Shown: in pieces, positions 36,613 to 45,253 of the stretch
Numbering within the stretch: the stretch's first letter is position 1
How the letters are laid out: the number at the start of each line of letters is the position of its first letter
Virus record (IMG/VR): IMGVR_UViG_3300027804_000001
Location: 192,001 to 256,000 of that record
DNA length: 64,000 nt
From: a virus
Lineage: Duplodnaviria; Caudoviricetes
Strand: one strand, 5' to 3'
Translations under genes and position numbers: made by a program
Notes under the pieces: generated by a model
Told to the model about the DNA's origin: nothing
Databases searched by the model: none
Seen by the model: the letters and a program-made list of their open reading frames with translations, nothing else

Positions 36613-37305
36613 TTATAAATTAAATCTTTTTTTTGTTGCATTATAATTATTCAAAATTTCGGCGTCTGTCAATGACCTATTATACACTCTAAAAACATAT
36701 AATTTTCCCGACCAACCACTGGCAATTGTTGCTGCGGTTGTTAAATTCCATGTTGATGTTGCAGTTGAGTTTGCACCTGAGCTGACCTGTTCCACCGTAT
36801 TTTTAAACATTTGTCTATATGGTGTGGTATTTGTCCTTACCCTATAAGAAAAATGTCTAATCCCCGCAGTTAAATCAGAATCATTTGCATATTGTATTCT
36901 TTGGGTTACGTTACAACAACCATTAACGTCAAAATAAGTGTTACCATTACTATAGTATAAATGACTAAAAATTGCTCTTGTATCTGAACCAAGACTTGAG
37001 GTTGCTCTCCAATCAAAAAATGTATTCGTTGTTGCAGACGTTGTTTGAACATATGCTTCAATATAACATTCACTTGTAGATGAAAAACCGAACGTGTTAG
37101 AGGCGGGTCCTGTAAAAACACCACCACTACAATCAAAATAACCCGCAGAGTTCCAAGAAATATTTGCACCAAAACTGTAATTCCTATTACCAGTACTTAA
37201 ATCATACCATGTACTCCCTGAACCTGGATATGATCTATTTACACCCGCATCTAAATGTAAAACTAAACCATTTGTTACTATATTAGGTCCACCGTATGCT
37301 CCCAT
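36613..37305 (-). CDS. LamG/ConA-like lectin-domain virion protein
   Basis: GPNIVTNGLVLHLDAG..SYPGSGSTWYDLS and YNRSLTDAEILNNYNATKKRFNL. Confidence 0.8.
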   Translation of the reverse strand: MGAYGGPNIVTNGLVLHLDAGVNRSYPGSGSTWYDLSTGNRNYSFGANISWNSAGYFDCSGGVFTGPASNTFGFSSTSECYIEAYVQTTSATTNTFFDWRATSSLGSDTRAIFSHLYYSNGNTYFDVNGCCNVTQRIQYANDSDLTAGIRHFSYRVRTNTTPYRQMFKNTVEQVSSGANSTATSTWNLTTAATIASGWSGKLYVFRVYNRSLTDAEILNNYNATKKRFNL

Positions 37306-37307
37306 GT

Positions 37308-38009
37308 TTATAAATTAAATCTTTTTTTTGTTGCATTAAAAATTTCACCTACTTGTGTTGATGTTAATGCTCTGTTATACATTAAAACTTTCCCAACTTT
37401 ACCATTTACATAGTACGCATTGATTCCAATATCACCACCGATAGACAAAGCACCTGTGTTATAATAATTTCCACCAGATGGTGTTGTGGTTGCAGTCTCA
37501 TCATAATTGTTTCTTATAATTGTTTGTGTATTATCCGTTCTATTTAAAATTGCAGTAAACATTGCCCACGTATTAAAAGTGTAACCGATAAAACCTGTAT
37601 CTGTTCTACTACTTGCATCGTTACCTATCATAAATCTAACACCACTTGGATTGTTAGCACCAATATAATAACCATTAGAACCACCCGACCTTTTTGCAAT
37701 CCATAAATCCCAACCATCTCCAGCAATTGAAGGGTCTGAATTTACCCAACATATTATTGTAAACGACCCACTATTTGGATTTATAGTTGAACTATTTGTA
37801 ATTGAAATATAATCATCTACACCATCAAATGAAAAAACACCACCATTAGAATTATTAAAGGTTGCACCGTTTGTTAATGTCCCGTTATTACCATTTTTAG
37901 ATATATCATAAACATTATTTCCACTACCGATATAGGATCTATATGACCCAGCATCAATAGATAATACTAATCCGTTTCTTGTAAAATTAGGCCCTCTAAA
38001 AATTCCCAT
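37308..38009 (-). CDS. LamG/ConA-like lectin-domain virion protein
   Basis: GLVLSIDAG, FSFDGVDDYI and YNRALTSTQVGEIFNATKKRFNL. Confidence 0.82.
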   Translation of the reverse strand: MGIFRGPNFTRNGLVLSIDAGSYRSYIGSGNNVYDISKNGNNGTLTNGATFNNSNGGVFSFDGVDDYISITNSSTINPNSGSFTIICWVNSDPSIAGDGWDLWIAKRSGGSNGYYIGANNPSGVRFMIGNDASSRTDTGFIGYTFNTWAMFTAILNRTDNTQTIIRNNYDETATTTPSGGNYYNTGALSIGGDIGINAYYVNGKVGKVLMYNRALTSTQVGEIFNATKKRFNL

Positions 38010-39958
38010 TATTTAATTTTTTGCTCTAACGCCTCGATACGTTTTAATAACTCTTTATTTGTTTCAATTAGTAACGCAACTAATTTTTCATATTTAACAG
38101 CTTTAAATCCATTATTTCTTGTTGTTACAATTTCGGGTAAAACTTTCTCTATTTCTTGAGCAACAACACCAATATCGTGTCCTTCATTTTCATGTATTCC
38201 TTTCATTGGTACCCAATCAAATTCATAACCACTTATTTCGTTTAATTTATCCAATGAACCTTTAATTGGTCTTATATTTGTTTTTAATCTTTCATCAGAA
38301 CCATAATATGCAATTACATCATTTGTGGCTCTTATTAAACCAACAGTTGTTGGTGTTTCGGTTCCAACTCCAAGTGCACCCGAAACATATAGATTTCCGT
38401 CGACATCAACTCTCGCAGATGCGCTTACAGATAAAATTGGTGCACCTGAAATATCACCAACACTAAAAACTGTTCCAAGTAAATCGTCTGTAACCGAAAA
38501 TAATTGACCTTGTGAACCTTGTATATCTACAACAACTGAACCCGATTTATAAATTTCTAATGAACCTGAAATAGACATTACTGTTCCTGTAAATCTTGCA
38601 TTTGATTCAACTGTTACATTTGGTGATGTACTGTTTAATGTTAATAAACCATCATTAAGTGTTCCTGATAATGTTACCGTACCACTACTACCCGATGAAC
38701 CACTACTACCGCTTGAACCCGATGTTCCTGAACTTCCACTACTTCCTGATGTACCACTACTACCAGAACTTCCTGAGGATCCACTTAAACCTGAAGAACC
38801 CGAAGAACCTGATGTTCCACTACTTCCTGATGTACCAGAAGTTCCTGAAGAACCCGATGTACCTGAAGTACCCGAACTACCTGAAGATCCCGAAGAACCT
38901 GAGGTTCCACTAGTTCCTGAAGTACCAGAACTTCCACTAGTTCCACTACTACCACTTGAACCTGAACTACCTGATGATCCACTTGTACCTGAAGTACCCG
39001 AAGAACCATTACTACCACTACTACCACTTGTACCAGAAGAACCTGAGCTTCCTGATGTTCCACTACTTCCACTTGTACCTGAAGTACCACTAGAACCTGA
39101 TGTTCCACTTGTACCATTTATACCTGACGTACCACTTGAACCACTACTACCGTTACTTCCTGATGTTCCACTTGTTCCTGAACTTCCACTAGTACCTGAA
39201 GTACCTCTAGTTCCTGAACTACCAGATGTTCCTGAGGAACCACTTGAACCTGATGTACCGCTAGAACCTGATGTACCAGAACTTCCGCTTGAGCCAGAAG
39301 AACCAGATGTTCCTGAAGAACCTGAAGTACCAGAACTTCCTGATGTTCCGCTGGTACCAGATGAACCATTACTACCACTTGTTCCACTTGTACCAGATGA
39401 ACCATTACTACCACTTGTACCAGATGAACCATTACTACCACTTGTACCAGATGTTCCTGAACTTCCAGAAGAACCTGATGTTCCCGAACTACCACTACTT
39501 CCACTTGTACCTGAAGTACCACTAGTTCCTGAAGTACCTCTAGTTCCTGAACTACCAGATGTTCCTGATGAACCTGAACTACCAGATGTTCCTGATGAAC
39601 CAGAACTTCCTGAAGAACCTGATGTTCCCGATGTTCCACTACTACCACTAGTACCTGAACTTCCAGAAGAACCTGATGTACCACTAGTACCTGAAGTACC
39701 CGATGTCGCAGCCGCAAAAGTGGTACCATTTAACACTAAACTACCAGTAACTCTTAATGAACCTGTGAAATCATGACTATCATCACTTGAATTACCAAAC
39801 TTTGTTGAACCACTGCTAAATGATGCGGTTTGATATATTACCGAAGATGAAATTATGTATTGTTGTGCGACGAGATTACCCTGTATATTTAAATCTCCTG
39901 AGATGTCCGCCGAGCCTGATACAATCAGACCATTTTTGACTTTAAATTCGTTTGCCAT
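38009..39958 (-). CDS. Tail-fibre-like protein with a ~340-aa Gly-(S/T)-S repeat and a C-terminal Peptidase S74 autocleaving chaperone
   Basis: YYGSDERLKTNI...GVVAQE...YEKLVALLIE..KEL (S74 domain). The triplet repeat is visible directly. Confidence 0.88.
   Translation of the reverse strand: MANEFKVKNGLIVSGSADISGDLNIQGNLVAQQYIISSSVIYQTASFSSGSTKFGNSSDDSHDFTGSLRVTGSLVLNGTTFAAATSGTSGTSGTSGSSGSSGTSGSSGTSGTSGSSGSSGSSGTSGSSGSSGTSGSSGTRGTSGTSGTSGTSGSSGSSGTSGSSGSSGTSGTSGSNGSSGTSGSNGSSGTSGTSGSNGSSGTSGTSGSSGTSGSSGTSGSSGSSGSSGTSGSSGTSGSSGSSGTSGSSGTRGTSGTSGSSGTSGTSGSNGSSGSSGTSGINGTSGTSGSSGTSGTSGSSGTSGSSGSSGTSGSSGSNGSSGTSGTSGSSGSSGSSGSSGTSGSSGTSGTSGTSGSSGSSGSSGTSGTSGSSGTSGTSGSSGTSGSSGSSGLSGSSGSSGSSGTSGSSGSSGTSGSSGSSGSSGSSGTVTLSGTLNDGLLTLNSTSPNVTVESNARFTGTVMSISGSLEIYKSGSVVVDIQGSQGQLFSVTDDLLGTVFSVGDISGAPILSVSASARVDVDGNLYVSGALGVGTETPTTVGLIRATNDVIAYYGSDERLKTNIRPIKGSLDKLNEISGYEFDWVPMKGIHENEGHDIGVVAQEIEKVLPEIVTTRNNGFKAVKYEKLVALLIETNKELLKRIEALEQKIK
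38681..39711 (-). repeat. Gly-X-Y coding repeat (GTS/GSS), synonymously diverged
   Basis: About 110 consecutive triplets with no Pro. Codon choice varies, so this is not an exact DNA tandem repeat. Confidence 0.95.
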
Positions 39959-40005
39959 TTATTCAAATTAGTTTCATTATCCACTAATGGTGTTTATGTG
40001 TTTAC

Positions 40006-40013
40006 TATAAATA
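40006..40013 (-). promoter_or_regulatory. Putative late-promoter motif (sense TATTTATA)
   Basis: 48 nt upstream of the 39958 start, just downstream of a terminator. Confidence 0.55.
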
Positions 40014-40034
40014 CTAAATCAAAGATTATAAAAT

Positions 40035-40059
40035 AAAAAAGGGGAGAATAAATCTCCCC
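40035..40059 (-). terminator. Intrinsic terminator
   Basis: Minus strand GGGGAGA-TTTAT-TCTCCCC followed by T6, downstream of the 40082 stop. Confidence 0.85.
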
Positions 40060-40081
40060 TTTCATCTAATTTATTTTTATC

Positions 40082-43000
40082 TTATATTGACAACGCTCTT
40101 GCGAACATAACTACACTCCATGTTCCTGATGATGATGTTGCCGTAACCGTTCCACTATTGGAAATTGTAAACGATATTGCTGATGTGTTACCTAAGTCAG
40201 TAGTTGTGGTTTCTGTTAATTTAGATGTTGAACCATCCCATATACCTACAATACTACCTGCTCTCATATTAGAACCATTTTTCACTAAGTAATCAAGAAC
40301 TACACCATTGTAACTTGATAATGTAAACATTGTTGATGATGTACTTACAGATTGATTACTTGTTTGAACATCTACTTTACCATTCATCAAGATATCACCT
40401 GTTAATGATAATGTTGATCCACTAAATGTTAAATTGGTTTCAACCGTTGCATTTGTTCCACTACCATCATATGTTATAACACCATTGTTTGTTGAACCTG
40501 TTAATGTTACAAGTCCTGATGTACCTGATGTACCTGCTGTACCACTTGAACCGCTTGTTCCTGAAGAACCACTTGAACCGCTTGAACCTGAAGTACCAGA
40601 TGTTCCACTTGTACCAGATGAACCCGAAGTACCTGATGTTCCAGAACTTCCTGATGTTCCACTACTTCCTGAAGAACCACTTGTACCAGCAGTTCCTGAT
40701 GAACCTGAACTTCCTGATGTTCCACTACTTCCACTAGTACCTGAACTACCCGATGTTCCTGATGTTCCAGAACTTCCTGAAGAACCAGATGAACCTGATG
40801 AACCTGAGCTACCTGATGAACCAGAAGTTCCCGAAGTACCTGATGAACCAGAAGAACCTGAACTACCACTTGTTCCTGAACTACCAGAAGAACCTGAGCT
40901 TCCTGATGTTCCACTACTTCCACTTGTTCCTGAACTACCACTTGTACCGGCTGTTCCTGAAGAACCACTTGTACCAGCCGTTCCTGAACTACCTGAAGTA
41001 CCTGAGGTTCCACTTGTTCCTGATGAACCAGATGAACCCGATGTACCAGAACTTCCTGATGAACCAGATGTACCCGATGAACCACTTGTACCAGCGGTTC
41101 CTGATGAACCACTTGAACCAGATGTACCCGAAGTACCTGATGAACCACCACCACCTTCACCGAGTGTAACCGCAACTAAACCTGCTTGTGGTGATGAAAA
41201 TCCTATTTCAATATTATATAAGTCAATCGCTTCAATTGTCTGTGGTATAATTGAAAAACCATTTGTATCATAAACTTGTACAACAGGATATTTTGCACCT
41301 AAATCGTGTTGGAATGACCATGTTGTTGAAGGTGAGTTAACGGTTAATGAATTATATGCTCCCACAGTTGTACTACCTGAGCTACCGCTTGTTCCTGAAG
41401 AACCCGATGTACCAGATGTACCTGCAGTACCACTACTTCCTGAAGAACCACTAGAACCTGAAGTTCCACTTGTTCCACTACTTCCTGAACTACCACTAGA
41501 ACCTGAAGTACCTGATGTACCTGAGGTACCACTACTTCCCGAACTACCACTAGAACCTGATGTTCCTGAGGACCCTGAAGTACCAGATGTTCCACTTGTT
41601 CCTGAAGAACCAGATGAACCTGATGTACCACTAGAACCTGATGTACCACTTGAACCAGATGTACCCGAAGTACCTGATGTTCCACTTGTACCATCTGCAC
41701 CTGTAGCACCATCTAAGTTAATTGACCAAGATGAATACGTACCACTACCGATTGTTCCATTTGCATCAGGTGCAGAGAATGTTAATGTTGTACCACTATA
41801 ACTTACTACGTCTGATTCTTGATAATTGTTTACATTATAAGCAATGATGATTGATTGTCCAACTGAGTAACTTAATCCCGTAGGAACTGTAACTGAACCA
41901 CCTTGTCCTAATGTATGTGTTGAATTCGATGTTGTTTTATAAACTTCTGAAGTACCTGAAGTACCTGATGTACCAGCTGTTCCTGAAGAACCACTTGTAC
42001 CCGAAGAACCCGAAGAACCTGATGTTCCAGAAGTTCCTGAACTTCCTGATGAACCACTAGAACCTGATGTTCCTGATGTACCAGATGAACCAGAACTTCC
42101 TGAACTACCACTTGTACCTGAAGTACCCGCAGTTCCAGAACTTCCTGATGAACCACTAGAACCCGAAGTACCACTACTTCCACTTGTTCCTGAACTTCCA
42201 GATGAACCCGAACTTCCACTCGTTCCTGAAGAACCAGATGTACCACTTGTACCGGCAGTTCCACTACTTCCTGAAGAACCTGAACTTCCGCTTGTTCCTG
42301 AAGAACCGGATGTACCTGAACTTCCTGAAGAACCACTAGAACCTGATGTTCCACTTGTTCCACTACTTCCTGAACTACCACTAGAACCACTTGTACCGGC
42401 TGTTCCTGAAGAACCACTTGTACCAGATGTTCCACTACTTCCCGATGTTCCCGCAGTTCCTGAACTACCTGAAGTTCCAGATGTACCAGAAGAACCTGAT
42501 GAACCCGATGTACCCGCAGTTCCAGAACTTCCTGAAGAACCACTAGAACCTGATGTACCAGATGTTCCTGATGAACCACTTGTTCCTGAAGATCCACTTG
42601 AACCTGATGTACCAGATGTACCCGCAGTTCCACTACTACCACTACTTCCACTTGAACCTGAAGTACCAGATGTTCCTGATGAACCACTAGAACCACTTGA
42701 ACCTGAAGTACCACTTGTACCAGATGTACCTGAAGTACCATCAGCACCCGTAGCACCATCTAAGTTAATAACCCAATTAGAATATGTACCGCTACCAATT
42801 GTACCGTTAGCATCTGGAGTATCAACTGTTATTGTTGTTCCACTATATGAAACCACATGAGACTCTTGATAATTGTTGACATCATACGCTATGATAATAG
42901 ACTGACCAACAGTGTAACTTAATCCACTTGGTACAGTAAATGACCCCGAATTACCTAATGTATGTGTGGTTGTTGATATTGTTTTATAAACTTCCGAAGT

Positions 43001-45166
43001 ACCTGATGTACCCGATGTACCCGCAGTTCCACTACTTCCTGATGAACCCGAAGAACCTGATGTACCTGATGTTCCACTTGTACCAGCGGTTCCTGATGAA
43101 CCACTAGAACCTGAAGTACCTGACGTACCACTACTTCCTGATGAACCACTAGAACCCGAAGTACCAGAAGAACCTGACGTACCTGATGAACCAGAACTTC
43201 CTGAAGAACCACTTGTACCAGATGTACCACTTGTTCCTGAAGAACCCGAACTTCCTGAAGAACCAGATGTTCCACTTGTACCAGATGAGCCATCACTACC
43301 ACTAGTTCCTGAAGTACCAGATGTACCAGATGAACCTGAGGTACCAGATGTTCCTGATGAACCACTAGAACCTGATGTTCCTGAAGTACCTGAACTTCCT
43401 GAAGTACCAGATGAACCACTAGAACCTGAAGTTCCACTTGTTCCACTACTTCCTGAACTACCACTAGAACCACTTGTTCCTGAGGTACCAGATGAACCCG
43501 AGGTACCAGATGAACCTGATGTACCTGAACTTCCAGATGTTCCACTTGTACCACTTGAACCACTTGAACCCGAACTTCCGCTTGTACCAGATGTTCCGCT
43601 TGAACCCGAGGTACCGGACGAACCAGAACTTCCTGAAGAACCACTTGTACCAGATGTACCAGCCGTTCCCGAACTTCCTGAAGATCCACTAGAACCTGAT
43701 GTTCCTGAAGTTCCAGAACTTCCAGATGTACCTGAAGAACCATCTGCACCTGTTGCACCATCTAAATTGATAGTCCATGATGAATATGTACCACTACCAA
43801 TAGTACCATTAGAATCTGGTGCTGTAAACGTTAAAGTAGTACCACTATATGATACTACATCCGATTCTTGGTAGTTATTTACGTTATATGCTATTATAAT
43901 TGATTGACCAACGGTATAACTTAAACCACTCGGTACAGTTAATGAACCCGCTTGTCCTAAAGTAAATGTATCTGTTGATGTTGTTTTATAGACCTCTGAG
44001 GTACCTGATGAACCACTTGTACCAGCTGTTCCTGATGAACCACTCGTTCCCGAACTTCCTGAACTACCACTAGAACCCGATGTACCTGAAGTACCAGATG
44101 TTCCACTTGTTCCTGAACTTCCTGAACTACCACTAGAACCTGAAGTACCTGAAGTACCTGAAGTACCACTACTTCCACTTGTTCCTGCTGTTCCCGAACT
44201 TCCTGATGAACCACTAGAACCTGATGTTCCTGATGTTCCACTTGTACCACTTGAACCATCACTACCACTGGTTCCCGAACTTCCTGATGAACCACTAGAA
44301 CCTGATGTTCCTGATGTACCACTAGAACCTGATGTTCCTGAACTACCAGATGTACCCGCAGTACCACTTGTTCCTGAAGAACCGGATGTACCTGAACTTC
44401 CTGAAGATCCACTAGAACCAGAAGAACCTGATGTTCCTGAAGTACCGGCAGTACCTGAACTTCCTGAAGATCCACTTGTACCTGATGTACCAGAACTACC
44501 GCTTGTACCTGAAGTGCCTGAACTTCCTGATGTACCACTAGAACCTGAGGTACCAGCTGTTCCTGATGAACCACTAGAACCTGATGTTCCTGATGAACCA
44601 TTACTTCCCGAAGAACCACTTGAACCAGAACTACCACTTGTACCTGAAGTACCTGAGCTTCCCGATGTACCAGATGAACCTGATGTTCCTGACGTACCCG
44701 AAGTTCCAGATGAACCACTAGTACCACTAGAACCACTTGAACCCGAAGTACCTGAACTTCCTGAAGAACCAGATGTACCTGATGATCCACTTGTTCCTGA
44801 TGTACCACTAGAACCTGATGTTCCTGAAGTACCCGATGTTGCAGCCGTATATTCAGTACCATTTATTGATAACGAACCTGTAACTGAAAAAGAACCAGTA
44901 AATTGATGTGTATCGTCTAAACTATCACCAAATTTTGTGGAACCAGAAGAAAATGACGTTGTAATATAACTTACAGAAGATGAGACTATAAATTGATTGG
45001 CGGACAAATTACCACCAACAACTAAATCACCACTAATATTTTGACTACCTGAAACATTTAATGAACCTGTTACACTTAACGATCCAGATATTTGTGAGGA
45101 GCCTGTTATATTTGCTCCACCCTGGTCAACAATTAGACCATTTTTTACTATAAATTGATTTGCCAT
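40082..45166 (-). CDS. Giant (1694 aa) Gly-(S/T)-S repeat fibre protein with interspersed globular modules
   Basis: N-terminus paralogous to 38009..39958 and C-terminus paralogous to 45254..47482. Contains three 86-aa inserts and one ~75-aa HDLG..YP module. Confidence 0.88.
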   Translation of the reverse strand: MANQFIVKNGLIVDQGGANITGSSQISGSLSVTGSLNVSGSQNISGDLVVGGNLSANQFIVSSSVSYITTSFSSGSTKFGDSLDDTHQFTGSFSVTGSLSINGTEYTAATSGTSGTSGSSGTSGTSGSSGTSGSSGSSGTSGSSGSSGTSGSSGTSGTSGTSGSSGTSGSSGTSGTSGSSGSSGSSGSNGSSGTSGSSGSSGTAGTSGSSGTSGSSGTSGTSGSSGTSGTSGSSGSSGTAGTSGTSGSSGSSGSSGSSGTSGSSGTSGTAGTSGSSGTSGSSGTSGTSGSSGSSGSSGTSGSDGSSGTSGTSGTSGSSGSSGSSGTAGTSGSSGTSGTSGTSGSSGSSGSSGTSGTSGTSGTSGSSGSSGSSGTSGSSGTAGTSGSSGTSEVYKTTSTDTFTLGQAGSLTVPSGLSYTVGQSIIIAYNVNNYQESDVVSYSGTTLTFTAPDSNGTIGSGTYSSWTINLDGATGADGSSGTSGSSGTSGTSGSSGSSGSSGTAGTSGTSGSSGSSGSSGTSGSSGTSGTSGSSGSSGSSGTSGTSGSSGTSGSSGTSGSSGTSGTSGSSGSSGSSGTSGTSGSSGSSGTSGSSGTSGTSGSSGSSGTSGTSGSSGTSGTSGTSGSDGSSGTSGTSGSSGSSGSSGTSGTSGTSGSSGSSGSSGTSGSSGTSGSSGSSGSSGTSGTSGSSGSSGTAGTSGTSGTSGSSGSSGSSGTAGTSGTSGTSEVYKTISTTTHTLGNSGSFTVPSGLSYTVGQSIIIAYDVNNYQESHVVSYSGTTITVDTPDANGTIGSGTYSNWVINLDGATGADGTSGTSGTSGTSGSSGSSGSSGTSGTSGSSGSSGSSGTAGTSGTSGSSGSSGTSGSSGTSGTSGSSGSSGSSGTAGTSGSSGSSGTSGTSGSSGTAGTSGSSGTSGTSGSSGTAGTSGSSGSSGSSGTSGTSGSSGSSGSSGTSGSSGTSGSSGSSGSSGTAGTSGTSGSSGTSGSSGSSGSSGTSGSSGTSGSSGSSGSSGTAGTSGTSGSSGSSGSSGTSGTSGSSGSSGSSGTSGTSGSSGSSGTSGSSGTAGTSGTSGTSEVYKTTSNSTHTLGQGGSVTVPTGLSYSVGQSIIIAYNVNNYQESDVVSYSGTTLTFSAPDANGTIGSGTYSSWSINLDGATGADGTSGTSGTSGTSGSSGTSGSSGTSGSSGSSGTSGTSGTSGSSGTSGSSGSSGSSGTSGTSGTSGSSGSSGSSGTSGTSGSSGSSGSSGTAGTSGTSGSSGTSGSSGSTTVGAYNSLTVNSPSTTWSFQHDLGAKYPVVQVYDTNGFSIIPQTIEAIDLYNIEIGFSSPQAGLVAVTLGEGGGGSSGTSGTSGSSGSSGTAGTSGSSGTSGSSGSSGTSGSSGSSGTSGTSGTSGSSGTAGTSGSSGTAGTSGSSGTSGSSGTSGSSGSSGSSGTSGSSGSSGSSGTSGTSGSSGSSGSSGSSGSSGSSGTSGTSGSSGTSGSSGTSGSSGSSGTAGTSGSSGSSGTSGSSGTSGTSGSSGTSGTSGTSGSSGSSGSSGTSGSSGTAGTSGTSGLVTLTGSTNNGVITYDGSGTNATVETNLTFSGSTLSLTGDILMNGKVDVQTSNQSVSTSSTMFTLSSYNGVVLDYLVKNGSNMRAGSIVGIWDGSTSKLTETTTTDLGNTSAISFTISNSGTVTATSSSGTWSVVMFARALSI
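40514..44840 (-). repeat. Gly-X-Y coding repeat (GTS/GSS/GTA), interrupted four times
   Basis: Visible directly in the translation. Confidence 0.95.
41690..43996 (-). repeat. Three copies of a 258-bp (86-aa) module at 43739-43996, 42737-42994 and 41690-41947
   Basis: EVYKTT...GLSY(T/S)VGQSIIIAY(N/D)VNNYQES(D/H)VVSYSGTT...GSGTYS(S/N)W.INLDGATGADG occurs three times at identical length. Confidence 0.95.
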
Positions 45167-45200
45167 TTCTTCTTCTTTGTTTTTATTACACTAAGTCTTT

Positions 45201-45208
45201 TATAAATA
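45201..45208 (-). promoter_or_regulatory. Putative late-promoter motif (sense TATTTATA, followed by AAAGACTT)
   Basis: 35 nt upstream of the 45166 start. Confidence 0.55.
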
Positions 45209-45253
45209 TTTCATTATTCGATTAGTTTATTACTTTTGATAAAAAACTTTTTA

